Part shown: positions 50,037-62,308 of the stretch, one piece after another | Layout of the letters: each line of letters begins with the position of its first letter | How positions within the stretch are numbered: the stretch's first letter is position 1 | Assembly: GCA_951406725.2 (NCBI GenBank) | Contig: OX597820.1 | Coordinates: 36,022,001-36,086,000 of the forward strand | Direction: 5' to 3' | Length of the DNA: 64,000 nt | From: Octopus vulgaris | Taxonomy: Eukaryota | Notes under the pieces: generated by a model | Seen by the model: the letters and a program-made list of their open reading frames with translations, nothing else | What the model was told of the DNA's origin: nothing | Database searches by the model: none | Made by a program: the position numbers and the translations under genes

Positions 50037-51064
50037 ATGAAAATAAATATGCAAAAACATTTAGATAAAGTATACTATTTCTGAGATATTTTGGGTACAG
50101 ACAAACATCCCTAGAGTTTTAGTATTATTAAGATACATCACTGTACAATATAGGTTTAATAAATTGTAATAAAGAATTAGCAATTTTTTTTTATGTTTTT
50201 ACAGTTAAGTTAAAGAGTATCTTGCTGTAACTCTAGTGGTACTATGGTAATTTTTATTTGGTGTCTAAAGGTGAAGGGGAAGTCATCACCTTCAGATTTT
50301 CCTGAAATGGCCGCAAAATAAGTCTTGTATCTTTGAGCGAGAAATTCTCGTCCTTACGTCACCAGACATCATGATGTAGAGAATGAAGTTCATGCCAGCC
50401 AAATGTAGGAGTCCTTTTTATTACATGAACATATATCTCCAGCAAGTGTTGGTGGGGAAATTGCAAAGAATCAGTGATTCAGCAAATTTCATGCTATTAT
50501 ATTTAGAGAGTCCTGCATTCACTGTGTATCTACAAATGAGTGATCCAAGGAAAAGCAGAAGCCAAGTTAAAATAGGGAGTGTTTGTGGCCAATGGCAGGC
50601 TAGTGGGAGTAAGATGGATAGGAGAACAGGTGAATGTGTTCATCAATGAAAAGAAAATGTTAGCAGAACTGGTTGGACACACCATATAAGATCTGAACAA
50701 GACTGTCAAGCTGACATTTATGACTGGTTTCTCAGATCACATTTTAATCGAGCTACAGGACTAAGGCTACAGGGAATATAATAACCAAATCAAGAATGCT
50801 AATGACAAACAGGTTACAAAGCATTGCAGCAATAGCTACATTGGGATTAGACAGCAAGCTGAGAGCAGTTTGGGATCAGAAAAGGAAAAAGAGCGAGTGG
50901 AAACTTTTAAGGATCAGTACTTTTGATGTCATGGTGCATACATGGACAGAGACTGCGAAGAGCTCAATCTAGAATTGATCTGTTACTATTGCAACTAGAC
51001 TCTTAGGAATGGACTTATATGAGCTAAACAACAGTGATCTTTGATTTTAGGTACATATTGCAAA

Positions 51065-51385
51065 ACACTTTTCAAGTGTTGGGCCTCACAGAGGCAATGA
51101 CAAATGACTGAGACCTTTGACATTATGTTGTGCTTGAGAAGAAGACCCATCAAGCCAAGTAAAATAGCAGTTGTGGAAGATACTGGTGTCACATAAATGG
51201 CACCCATGCCGGTGGCATATAAAAGCACCCATTACACTCTCTGAGAGGTTGATGTTAGGAAGGGTATCCAGAAGTAAAAACCATGCCAAGTCAAACTGGA
51301 GTCTGGTAAACCTTCCAGCTTGCCAGACCTGGTCAAATCGTTCAGCCCTTGTCAGCATGGACAACAGACATTAAATGATGACTAT
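51065..51385 (+). mobile_element. RTE LINE 3' end fragment
   Basis: GAGAAGAAGACCC..CAAGCCAAGT through to the RTE tail. Confidence 0.7.
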
Positions 51386-53474
51386 AATTTTTGTGGAATT
51401 GAAAATGAAACCAAAAAATTTTTAAAAAAACCTAAGATGCTTAAACAACTACTTGTGTTGAATCAATAATCAATTTACACACACACAATAAAGTTTGTGT
51501 TGACCAGGATTTTAAGTTTCACCTGACAGCTTTTTCATCCTATCTCATACTATTGAGTCCCCACTTCCAATCAGGAAGAAAGGGAAGGAAGGAATAAAGG
51601 AAGGGAAGGAAGGGAGAGAGGTGGAACAAAATAATGGAAACGTGCTGGCAAGCATGGTAAAAATGGTGCCATTTTCCCAAACCTGCCATCTCTGATAATT
51701 TTATATTTATATATTCAGGACTAATCTGATAATATTGAATTTCACATAATATCGTCTTTAACAAAATATTTTCATAAGCATATCAAAATTTTGGAAATTT
51801 ACTTTTTGTTATTTTACATTGCAATAACAGTAACATTAACAATAACTATAGTTTTTGGTGCTTTACTACATTTAAAAAAAATTAGCCTGAAAGAAATATT
51901 GGCTTCGAATTTTCGCACAAGGCCAGTAATTTCAAGGAGTTTGTAAGTCGATTATATCGACGCCAATGGTACGTATTTTATTGACTCGTAAAAGATGAAA
52001 GACAAAGTCGACCTCGGCGGAATTTGAATTCAGAACGAAAAACAGACGAAATGCCGCTAAGCATTTTACTTGGCGTGCTACTAGTAGGGTACAGAAAAAA
52101 TAATCACATCTTATCTAACATCAGTTCGTATTTCTTAAATACGAAAGTAAGGCTCTAAAAACTAGTTATTGTTAATATTGCTGTTAGATTAATGGAAGAT
52201 GGTAAGCGGGAAATTTTCGAAATCTCTTATATTTTTGGTAAATATTTTGTTATAGGCTGAAAAAATTACTGGAATTGAATAGTGTCTGGTTAGATTCAAA
52301 TAGATGAATATTTATCTTATTAAATGGTGTATTTACTTTGCATACCCCCAGTTGTAATTAATAAGAAAAATATGTTTATCTTTCTGGTATTATAACGTAT
52401 CATATATATGTGTGTTTGTACAAAATATCAATGATTCGCAAACAGATGTGTCGCTCCTAGACAACTCTGATAGTGCAGACATATTATTAATAGTATTACG
52501 CCCTTACTGTTACACTTTTTATTTATACATATTGTATTGAAGACTACATTATCCACATAGTATTATTTGTGGCGGTATTGTTTTTCTTTAGCTCCATATC
52601 AGCCCTAGTAGAGCATACCTATGATCATAGGTGTTTGGGACCATCTAATTTATTTATATTGCAAGAAACAGCTAAATTGCTTTCTCAAATGTTTTACGTA
52701 GTTCAACCTACAAAGTTAATGTGTGAAAACAAAATAGGAATTTTGAAATATTTATAAAACAAGTTTAAAACATCGAACGGCTATGGGGGTTCACAAGAAC
52801 AGCAATCAAAGGGGTCCATAGATTTAAAATTGTTGAGAGCCACTGATACACACATTAACATTTGGTTTTCTTTTTTATATTTTATCTTAAAACGTTTCTG
52901 CCCAAGTTATTTCCCTTCAATATTTTTTTATGTTTACATTTATATTTTATAATATCTGTTTCAGGGTGTCTGGTGACATAAGGATGAGAATTTCTTTCGA
53001 AATACAGCAAGAAGTTTGCTTGATTTTAAAGACATTATCAGAAGCACATGTCACCATATAACTACAGTGTTGATTGAATTACTGTGAAATATTTCTCTGG
53101 ATTAATATTTGCTTCAACTAATTTCTGTGAAATTGAGAAAATGTTTACTGGATAAATTTGTGTGTTGAATGTAGATAGAAAATTTACTATGACTCATGAA
53201 GTGACTTCTGTGAAACATCTTTCATAGCTGGATATTGAAAACTGGAACAATTTAAGGGATCTTTCACCTGATGTCATTTTCAAATTGATTCCTGGGAAAA
53301 GATTCAATCTGGGTCTTATAAGAGTTTCTTTATGGTTTATATACTTTAAGAATATATTTCTTTGAATTAATACAGTGTTTATTCAGAATATTTGTGGAAC
53401 AATTTCTTATTTATAAATTACAAAGAAAAACTGGAACATATGTTTGTATTGTTATATGATTAACAGAAGAAATT

Positions 53475-54566
53475 ATGGATGAGAAACTGTATGAAAGAAA
53501 GGTTTGTGATGAAACACAACCTAGAGATAACTATGAAGATACAGAGGGACAATCATATCCCTGTAATATATGTGGGAAGGTATTTTCAAAGAAAAGATAT
53601 TCAATTCGACATAAATTAATTCATACAGGGAAGAGGCCACATCGGTGTGATATCTGTGGTAAAGCATTCTTAGAAAGAGGACAATTGTCTACCCATATTC
53701 GTACTCACACAGGTGAGAAACCATATTCCTGTGATATCTGTGGTAAGACATTCTCTCAGAGACGCACCTTACTTTGCCATATAAGTGTTCATACAGGAGA
53801 GAAACCATTCCACTGTGAGTTTTGTGATAAAACGTTTCCTGAAAGTAGTGCCTTATCTAAACACAAACGTATTCACTCAGCTGAGAAACCATACCTCTGT
53901 AAGACTTGTGGTAAAGCATTTCCTGTAAGCAGTGCCTTATCTCAACATGAACATATTCATGCAGTTGTGAAACCATACCACTGCGATATTTGTGGTAAAA
54001 CATTCTCTCAGAGTAATTCTTTACGTTATCATATAAGTACTCATACGGGAAAGAAACCATTCAACTGTGATATTTGTGGCAAAACATTCTCTCGAAGTCG
54101 TTCTTTACTGCACCATATAAATATTCATACAGGTGAAAAACAATTCCATTGTGAGATATGTGGTAAAATATTCCTTGTCAGTGGTAATTTATCTCGTCAC
54201 AAACGTATTCATACAGGTGAGAAGCTATACTCCTGTGATATTTGTGGTAAAACATTCTCTCAAAGTCAGTCTTTGCTTTACCATTTAAGTAATCATACAG
54301 GTGTGAAACCATTCCATTGTGAGATTTGTGGTAAAACTTTCTGTCAGAATGGTCTCTTAAACAAGCACAAACGTATTCATACAGGTGAGAAATCATATGA
54401 CTGTGATATCTGTGGTAAGATATTCTTTCAAAATAGTGATTTATCTCGTCACAAACGTATTCACACAGGTGAAAAACCCTACCACTGTGATAGCTGTGGT
54501 AAAAATTTTACTCAACGTGCTTCTTTATTGCGTCACAAATATATTCACACAGATGAGAAACTGTAG
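53475..54566 (+). CDS. C2H2 zinc-finger protein ZNF-C, 363 aa, 12 fingers
   Basis: 27-aa leader plus 12 x 28 aa; inverted paralogue of ZNF-A and ZNF-B. Confidence 0.97.
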   Translation: MDEKLYERKVCDETQPRDNYEDTEGQSYPCNICGKVFSKKRYSIRHKLIHTGKRPHRCDICGKAFLERGQLSTHIRTHTGEKPYSCDICGKTFSQRRTLLCHISVHTGEKPFHCEFCDKTFPESSALSKHKRIHSAEKPYLCKTCGKAFPVSSALSQHEHIHAVVKPYHCDICGKTFSQSNSLRYHISTHTGKKPFNCDICGKTFSRSRSLLHHINIHTGEKQFHCEICGKIFLVSGNLSRHKRIHTGEKLYSCDICGKTFSQSQSLLYHLSNHTGVKPFHCEICGKTFCQNGLLNKHKRIHTGEKSYDCDICGKIFFQNSDLSRHKRIHTGEKPYHCDSCGKNFTQRASLLRHKYIHTDEKL

Positions 54567-54619
54567 AACTGTGATGAAAGGAGCCTTTCTTTGTAATCAT
54601 GCATCTGACTACTAATTTG

Positions 54620-55489
54620 CAAGCATCAGTTGTTGTGTGCAAGAGAGACGATTGCGCTGGTATGGTCATGTGGCGAGAATGGATGAAGATAGGTGTGTGA
54701 GAAAGTGCCAATCCCTAGCAGTTGAGGGAACCCGTGGAAGAGGTAGACCCAGGAAAACCTGGGACGAGGTGGTGAAGCACGACCTTCGGACGTTAGGTCT
54801 CACCATGGAAATGACTAGAGACCGAGACCTATGGAAGTATGCTGTGCGTGAGAAGACCCGGCAAGACTAGTGAAGCCATAATCCGTAGATCCTACCTGGG
54901 ACGTAGTCAGTCCACCTGTGCATACCTTCCTTCTTGTGACACTTGTGAAGACCTGTTGAGGCAAGTGAGAATCGAATCGAATCAAATCAAATCAAATCGA
55001 ACCAAATCAAAATAGATGAACATCAATGGAATTTGTATCCTTGTGGTACCAGTGCCGGTGGCACATAAGAAAACCATCCAAACGTGACCGTAGCCAGTAC
55101 CGCAACGACTGGCCTCCGTGCTGAGGGCACGTAACAAACACCATCCGAGCGTGGCCGTCCGCCAGCCTCGTCTGGCACCTGTGTCGGTGACACATAAGAA
55201 AATACCATCCGAGCGTGGCCGTCAGCCAGCCTCGTCTGGCACCTGTGTCGGTGGCACATAAAAACACCATCCGAGCGTGGCCGTCTGCCAGCCTCGTCTG
55301 GCACCTGTGTCGGTGGCACATAAAATCACCCACTACACTCTCGGAGTGGTTGGCGTTAGGAAGGGCATCCAGCTGTAGAAACACTGCCATATCTGACTGG
55401 CCTGGTGCAGCCTTCGGGCTTGCCAGACCCCAGTTGAACCGTCCAACCCATGCTAGCATGGAAAGCGGACGTTAAACAATGATGATGAC
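54620..55489 (+). mobile_element. 5'-truncated RTE LINE (ORF C-terminus, 3' UTR and tail)
   Basis: RRLRWYGHVARM...RGRGRPRKTW...DRDLWK; (ATCAA/ATCGA)n, ~60-bp tandem units, (GAT)n tail. Confidence 0.92.
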
Positions 55490-55801
55490 ATTTATGTTAA
55501 AATATTCTGAAAGGGAATACTAGTGCTTTGGCTTATTGATCATGAAAACTATCATCATTTAGCATCCGCTTTCCATGCTGGGATAGACACTGGTAAGCTG
55601 GAGAGCTGCACCAGACTCCAGTCTGTTTTGACTTGGTTTTCTACCACTGGATGCCTTTCCTAATGCTAATTACTTAACAGTGTGTACAGGGTGCCTTTAA
55701 CATATTACCAGCACAGGTTTATTTAACCTTTTTGACTTCCCACTATTCCTCAACCTCATAGTGGATCGAGTAGTGCTGCAATAAGGGAATACTTCTTGAT
55801 T

Positions 55802-56114
55802 CAGTTCTATATTTGAGAGATGAGGAATTATGTACATTATTGACATTTGATGGATATTTGTCCTCATCTTGTTTGTTGTTAACACCTTCATCAGGTGTTT
55901 TGAGGAAATTTCAAACCTGGGTTCTCATTCCTAAGGTATTTTTCCGATGTTGTTATTGTTATTATTCAGGTCACTGCCTGGAATCAAACTTGGAATCTTG
56001 GTGTTAGTAGCCTGTGCTCTTAACCACTACGCCATATGCCTGTGGGCAATTTTGGAGTGAATTTTAGAGCTTATAAATCTAATATTTTCCTTTCCTTCCT
56101 TAATACCAGTTACC
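55802..56114 (-). mobile_element. tRNA-headed SINE (family F) with a partly deleted hammerhead motif
   Basis: 14-bp TSD AATACTTCTTGATT (55788-55801, 56115-56128); minus-strand TGGCGTAGTGGTTAAG A box and GTTTGATTCC B box. Confidence 0.8.
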
Positions 56115-56804
56115 AATACTTCTTGATTGTTAGGAACTAGCTGTTGTAGTAATTGTTGTGGATGACGCTCCTTGATTTCATTGGCCATGGCTGAAAGAGG
56201 GATTTTTGTGTCTCATGGCTCATTCCTGAAAATGATAAGGGTTGCCATAAGATTAACAGCTTTCATGAATTGATGCTGTTGCTTTTGTTGTTGTAGATTT
56301 TTTTGCAGAAAGCTTGTAGGTAAGTTTTGCTGATCATCTGAATTTAATACTGGGCTTTAAGGACTTTTTCTTGGTACTTCTTCACAGGACACAGTTCTGG
56401 TAATGGTTTGTGGTCTTGCAGAGTCATGAGGAATTTCATATCCATGGTATTCTAGTAAAGCCTTGGGTCAACCAAAGTTTTGTGAGTGGATTTGTTTAAC
56501 TGAAACTGAAATGAAGCCCAACATGTGTGTATGTACACACACACACATATATATATGTATGTATGTGTATGTGTATGTATATATATGTCTATATATATAT
56601 ATGTATGTATATGCATATATAGGTGTTATGAGAGGTAATGTTGTCAGTAAGAGCCAAAGGTGTCAGGTAATGCTGAGTAAGTGCTATGGAGAAACCATAG
56701 TTAAGCTCCAGGTTCAGTGATAATACGAATAAGGAGTCCAACATTTTTATCTCATTCTGAGGAAAAATATGTTTATATGCATATATATATGTATGTATAT
56801 ATAT

Positions 56805-57020
56805 GTATCACCAATGATCAGTCCTTAGTCCCTTATTATTATCATAGTTCTCCAGGCAATAACAGAAGAATTCAAGACTAGCTGCCCATGGGATCTCCTC
56901 TATAGTGATGACCTTCCTCTAATAGCTGAGTCACTACCAGAATTAGAGAAGTATCAGATGTAGAAGCAAGGTCTAGAATCAAAGGGCCTTAGAATCAATT
57001 TCACAAAAACCAGAAAATCT
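56805..57020 (+). pseudogene. RTE RT fragment
   Basis: IIVLQAITEEFKTSCPWDLLYSDDL...AESLPELEK...GLESKGLRIN. Confidence 0.75.
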
Positions 57021-58232
57021 GTTGCATCTTTCACAAGATGTAGGTACATTAGTTTTCTTCTCTCACAAGTCTTTGTAATCAATTGTTTGGCTCTGGTTTG
57101 GTGCACAAAATGTTTCCAAGCTTTTGATCTCTCAGAAAAATGTTTTATATCAAGTTCCTTTGTTGGACAGAACACTAGCAAAAGTCAGCTTATTGTTACT
57201 GTTTACACCTGAAACAATACATCTTTGCATACTGTTGTTGTTGCTGCTGCTGCTACTACTGTTGTTTTAGTTATTGTTGATCACAAAATTTCTACTTAGT
57301 TGAATTAAAATGACTGTGTTTTCTCTCTATTGGTGTGTTATCAACACATTGTTTTGTACATTTTTCAGTTTTTCTCTTCAGTGGGGAGGTAGGCATGCAA
57401 TGTTCACGGCTTTTTTTTTTTTTTTTTTTGGTCTGTGACATAAAAGAAAAACAATAAATTTAGTCTAAAAATAAACACAAGCCTTATCTTTTCCTTTGTC
57501 CCCCCCTCCTTTATAAGGGGAGACTTCAAACTATATGAAATCATTTGCATGTGAGTATTTTTGGTAAAAATTCTACATCCTTTATTAAAATTTTGTTTCA
57601 AAAAGAGACTTGTAAAACATGTCTGCAAGTACAGGATAAAATAATGATTCCAGATTTTGACATATGGCCAGCAATTTTAGGGGGTTGGGTAAGTTGACCC
57701 CAGTGCTCAACTGGTACTTTATTTTATTGACCCCAAAAGGATGAAAGGTGAGACTGACTTTGACAGGACTTGCATAGTAATAATAATAATGGTGTTAAGG
57801 CTAAGGCTAATATTGCTATTCATCATATTTGGGTCGTTAAAATAAAGTACCAGTCAAGTACCTGGGTCAACATAAATGACTTACTCCTTCTCCTGAACAT
57901 GGCGTTGTGCCAAAATTTGAAACCATTATTGTTCATGGATAGCTACACAAAAAACAGAACATTAAAAAGTTTTTTATTTTGCTAGGTTCAAAGTTATGAA
58001 GATTTGTTTTAATGAATTTTTGATAAATATAATATTTGTTAGTTAATTAAATTGATTTACAATAATTATATAATTTTCATAAACTTTTAGTATCAGCACA
58101 AATTTCAGAAGTTGTAATATACTTGGTTTAAATACAGGCCAGACCTATATTTTGCTCATATATTGATAAAAATAATATTTTAGAATTGGCAGAGTATATA
58201 TTTTATTTATTTTTTAACAATTTCTTCATAAT

Positions 58233-58530
58233 ACAGTTCTATATTTAAGAAATGGGGTATTATTTACATTTGATGGATATTTGTCCTCATCTTGTTAACA
58301 CGTTTCAGCTGATATACCCTCCGGCCTTCATCAGGTGTCTTGGGGAAATTTTGAACCTGGATTCTCATTCCTAAGGTATTTTTCAATATTATTATTATTA
58401 TTATATTATTCAGGTCACTGCCTGGGATCAAACTCAGAATCTTGGGGTTAGTAGCCCACACACTTAAGATGAGGACAAATATCCGTCAAATGTGAATAAT
58501 GTAAATTTCTTCATATTTCCATATAAAACA
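58233..58530 (-). mobile_element. SINE family F copy with hammerhead-like core and inverted 3'-end duplication
   Basis: Homologous to 55802-56114; 58466-58530 is the reverse complement of ~58236-58293. Confidence 0.8.
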
Positions 58531-59050
58531 GATAAGATTGTGGTACTGTAAAAGAAGCACACCTCTTCATTTAATCCTAAGTCTAATCTTAAACCTACAC
58601 CATAATTCTAAAGCATAACCTTAAAATCTTAAGCCATACAGCTTAACAAATTACAGCTTGATGCATCTTTTCAAATAGGAGAAAGTCAGGGAGGCAAAAA
58701 TGGAAAGCATTTTCATATAAAAATGAAAAAATTACAGCCAGTTGCATAAAAGGAGGAGGAGGAGAGGCTTAAAACAGGAATTTTGACAAATCTGAAATCA
58801 ATCTTTAAAACAGAATTGATGAAATTGTGAAAAATCTTTCATGATGCACTTATTTCAAAACTCCACTTTAACAGTATTATGAATTACTCAGAATATTCTG
58901 AAGCACCATATGGGCAGTGCCTGATGATTGTGCTAGAACACCAGACGTTTTAAAATACTGTCTGGTATTCTCTCAGCACATGAAACTAATAGCAGCACAT
59001 AAAAACATATTGTGTTTATTAAATAATACATACATACATATGCATATATA

Positions 59051-59884
59051 CATGGTCTGATCAATAAGTATCTGGACTGTTAGCATAGTAACACAGCTAA
59101 AGCATGCAGAGTGAAGCCACATGGCAAAGGTTGACTTTGAACTCTGCTGTGCATGCACACTAAGTTTTAACATTCTAGCTCACAGCAGTGCTTGGAAGGA
59201 AGGTGTATAGCATGTGATCATCGCATTGACCATGACAGAAAGTTGTCATGGCAATACCTGCTCAGAGGTTGATGCAAAGTTACAGAAAGTGTATGGGCCA
59301 CATACAAGTGTATGAGTGGTTCAGATGTTTTGGAGATGGCTGAGAAAAAGTCAATATTGACAAACGTTCGAGGAGACCTGCAACCAACAGAACTGAGAAA
59401 AATATGGCAGATGTGCATGCAGCTGTGAGGGAAATCATCGAATCACCATCTGTGAGTTATCAGAGGATGTGCAGATTAGTTACAGTTCAGTTCAGTTGAT
59501 TATTGCTGAAGATTTGGGTATGAGATATGTCTGTCATGTTTGTGCCAAAACTGCTTTGAGCTGACCAAAAACACACTCAGGTTTCAGTTGCACAATATCT
59601 TGATTGTGTTGATAGCAATGAAAACCTTTTGAAAACTTTGTGTAGGCCTCTGAGGAGGTATCGCCAAGCTTTTGGCAAAATTTGGTGCAAATTCTCAATT
59701 CAACTTTCTCTGCCATGGTCAATGCTATGATCACATGCTACACACCTTCCTTCCAATCACTGCTGTAAACAGCGGAAGTGAGCTAAAACATTAAAACTTG
59801 GTGCGCATGCACAGCAGAGATTATGGTTAATCTGTGCCAAGCAGCTTCACTCTGCATGCTTTAGCTTTGTTACTATGGCAACAG
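59051..59884. mobile_element. mariner derivative made of two inverted 5' ends
   Basis: + strand QVYEWFRCF...RITICELSEDVQIS...FVPKLL; minus strand MAEKVELRICTKFCQKLGD; roughly 200-bp inverted arms. Confidence 0.85.
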
Positions 59885-61617
59885 ATCAAACCATACTCCT
59901 ACTCCCACTCATCCAGAGGGGATTGTCTTGTGATTTACTTGGTGACTTCACCAGTGCACTTTGTAAAGTAGTTGGTATTAGGATGTAAGATGTTGTAGAA
60001 AACCTGACCATACATGGCAGCACAAACCTTGACACAAGAGCAGTTTTTTAGAGAAGGCTGCATCAGACCACCCTTAATTCCCTACCCAATACCCTTTGTA
60101 AGCTTAAACCTGCCCTGCTGAGCAGCTAGCCAGCACTCTTGTTCCTCTGAACCACCTGTATTGCCACAGCTCAAATACTATTGCCTTTATCTCATCACCC
60201 ACCTCTACTTTTGACCTCATCTGCTATTGCCAATCATTCTCCTGTGTTAACTCTAACCCAAGTAGCCTTGCCTTTTTCTATCATATTCATGCTCTTTTTA
60301 CCCAACAAACCTTACCTTTGGCCACCTCTCCTATTGCCAATCCCTCCCCTTAAGACATTTATTCCCACATATCCTTAAGACACTTATTCTCACATATCCT
60401 TAAGACACTTATCCCCACCTTCTTTGCATCATACTCTTTCTCCTTTCATTTTCTCACCTGTTCTGGTCCTTCTGATACCATTGCTCTTTCTCTCTCTCCT
60501 GTTCCCCTCCTCAGATACCTGAGCAAATGTACATGCCCCAGGTTATTGAGTACTGTCTACACTTAAACATGGCTGAATACTTTAACATTTACATTTTTCA
60601 TCTCTTCACCAACTGTGCTGATGCACTATTTACTTTTGTTGTATACATAGCAACACACTTGTTTTCCCAATAAAATGCTTAGCAGAAGGGCATCCAGCCA
60701 TAGGAATCAAACCAAATAACATGTATGAGCACAAGTTTATGAGAGCAGTGGATCCCAATGGGAGGTACTCATACTGTGATGACCCGTCCAATCCATACCA
60801 GCATGGAAAACAAATGTAAGATGATAACACAGATTTTTATACATCTAGGCAGCTGTTTACAACATCAGTAAATAAAACAAAACCTTCACTGTTTTCTATA
60901 CCAGAGGTGACAAATTCTAGTCCAAGTATGTGACTGGCTGTGAGTACTCATCATTGAGGAGGATCCAAAGGCTGAAAATGTATCTGACACTCTTACTGAT
61001 TTTTGCTGGGACAAGTTTTCATCTTTCAATATTTATTGAGTTTTTAACACAGTACATCCATAAAAGATGATATCTTTGGATGAGTGCTGCAGTAAGTGGC
61101 TACCAATAAATGGTTTTATATATATGTGTTTGTGTGTATGTCACTAGCCACTACACTTTCTTTATTCTCTCTCCTTGTTTCTTTCTGTGTTCCTTTCTGC
61201 AGAAGAGTATAGGCTTGAAATGTTAAAGTTTTTTTCACTTCCTGAGCATTATAATAATACATCTGTTTGTTGTCTATACCACCTGTCTTTGTTTTTTTTT
61301 GTTTTTTTGTGAATTCTCCCTATATATATATATATATATATATACATATATATATACACACAATTTATATAATTTTCATCTTTAAAGGTATTTTAATATG
61401 CTGCCACGTAATTTTTTTCCACATAAATTTTATCCTATATTAGTATATATATATATATATATATATACCTTCGTTGACTTAGGTATGTAGTAGTAGATAC
61501 TTGCCCTAAGTTCCACACAATGAGACTGGACTTAAAACCATGTGGTTGGAAAGAAACTTCTTAACCACAGTGACATCTCTGTCTCTCCCTCTCTCTCTGT
61601 ACATATATATATATATA

Positions 61618-62040
61618 TTCTTTTACTTGTTTCAGTCAGTTGACTGTGGCCATGCTGGCACACCACTTTTAGCCGAGTAAATCAACCCCAGGACTTATTC
61701 TTTGTAAGCCTAGTACTTTTGCTATCGGTCTCTTTTGCCGAACTGCTAAGTTACGGGGAAGTAAACGCACCAACATCAGTTGTCAAGCGATGTTGGGGGA
61801 CAAACACAGACACACACATTAGAAAAATAAGATACTCAGAAATCAGGATGGTTTTATATTTACAGATTTTTATTAATATGTCGCATGTTTTTATAAATCA
61901 TATATTAGCGCTTGCATCCACTCTACAGGTTTCTTCAGATTTGAATTTTTTGAGGAGATTCATCTCTTTTTATAGTATTATTGAGTTTGTAGGGGTGAAG
62001 AAAGATATAAGATAACCTGTACATCACCTCCAAACCTTCT

Positions 62041-62078
<38 letters not shown>

Positions 62079-62226
62079 ATAGGCTTCTTTCAGGTTCCAT
62101 CTACCAAATCTACTCACAAGACTGGTTGGCCCAAGGCTATAGTAGAAGACACCCAAGGTGCCATGCAGTGGGACTGAACCAGGAACCATGTGGTTGGTAA
62201 GTAAGCTACTTACCACACAGCCACAC
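61618..62226 (-). mobile_element. SINE family A interrupted by a ~220-bp insert
   Basis: SINE tail 61618-61818 and head 62080-62226. Confidence 0.8.
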
Positions 62227-62234
62227 TTGTGCTG

Positions 62235-62308
<74 letters not shown>

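Noticed and set aside
55045-55325. CRISPR-like or HDV-like reading of the ~60-bp array
   Set aside because: Eukaryotic LINE 3' UTR with no unique spacers or cas genes; HDV P3-P1 adjacency and J4/2 are not satisfied
60348-60420. 25-bp x3 minisatellite
   Set aside because: Ordinary local slippage with no context suggesting function
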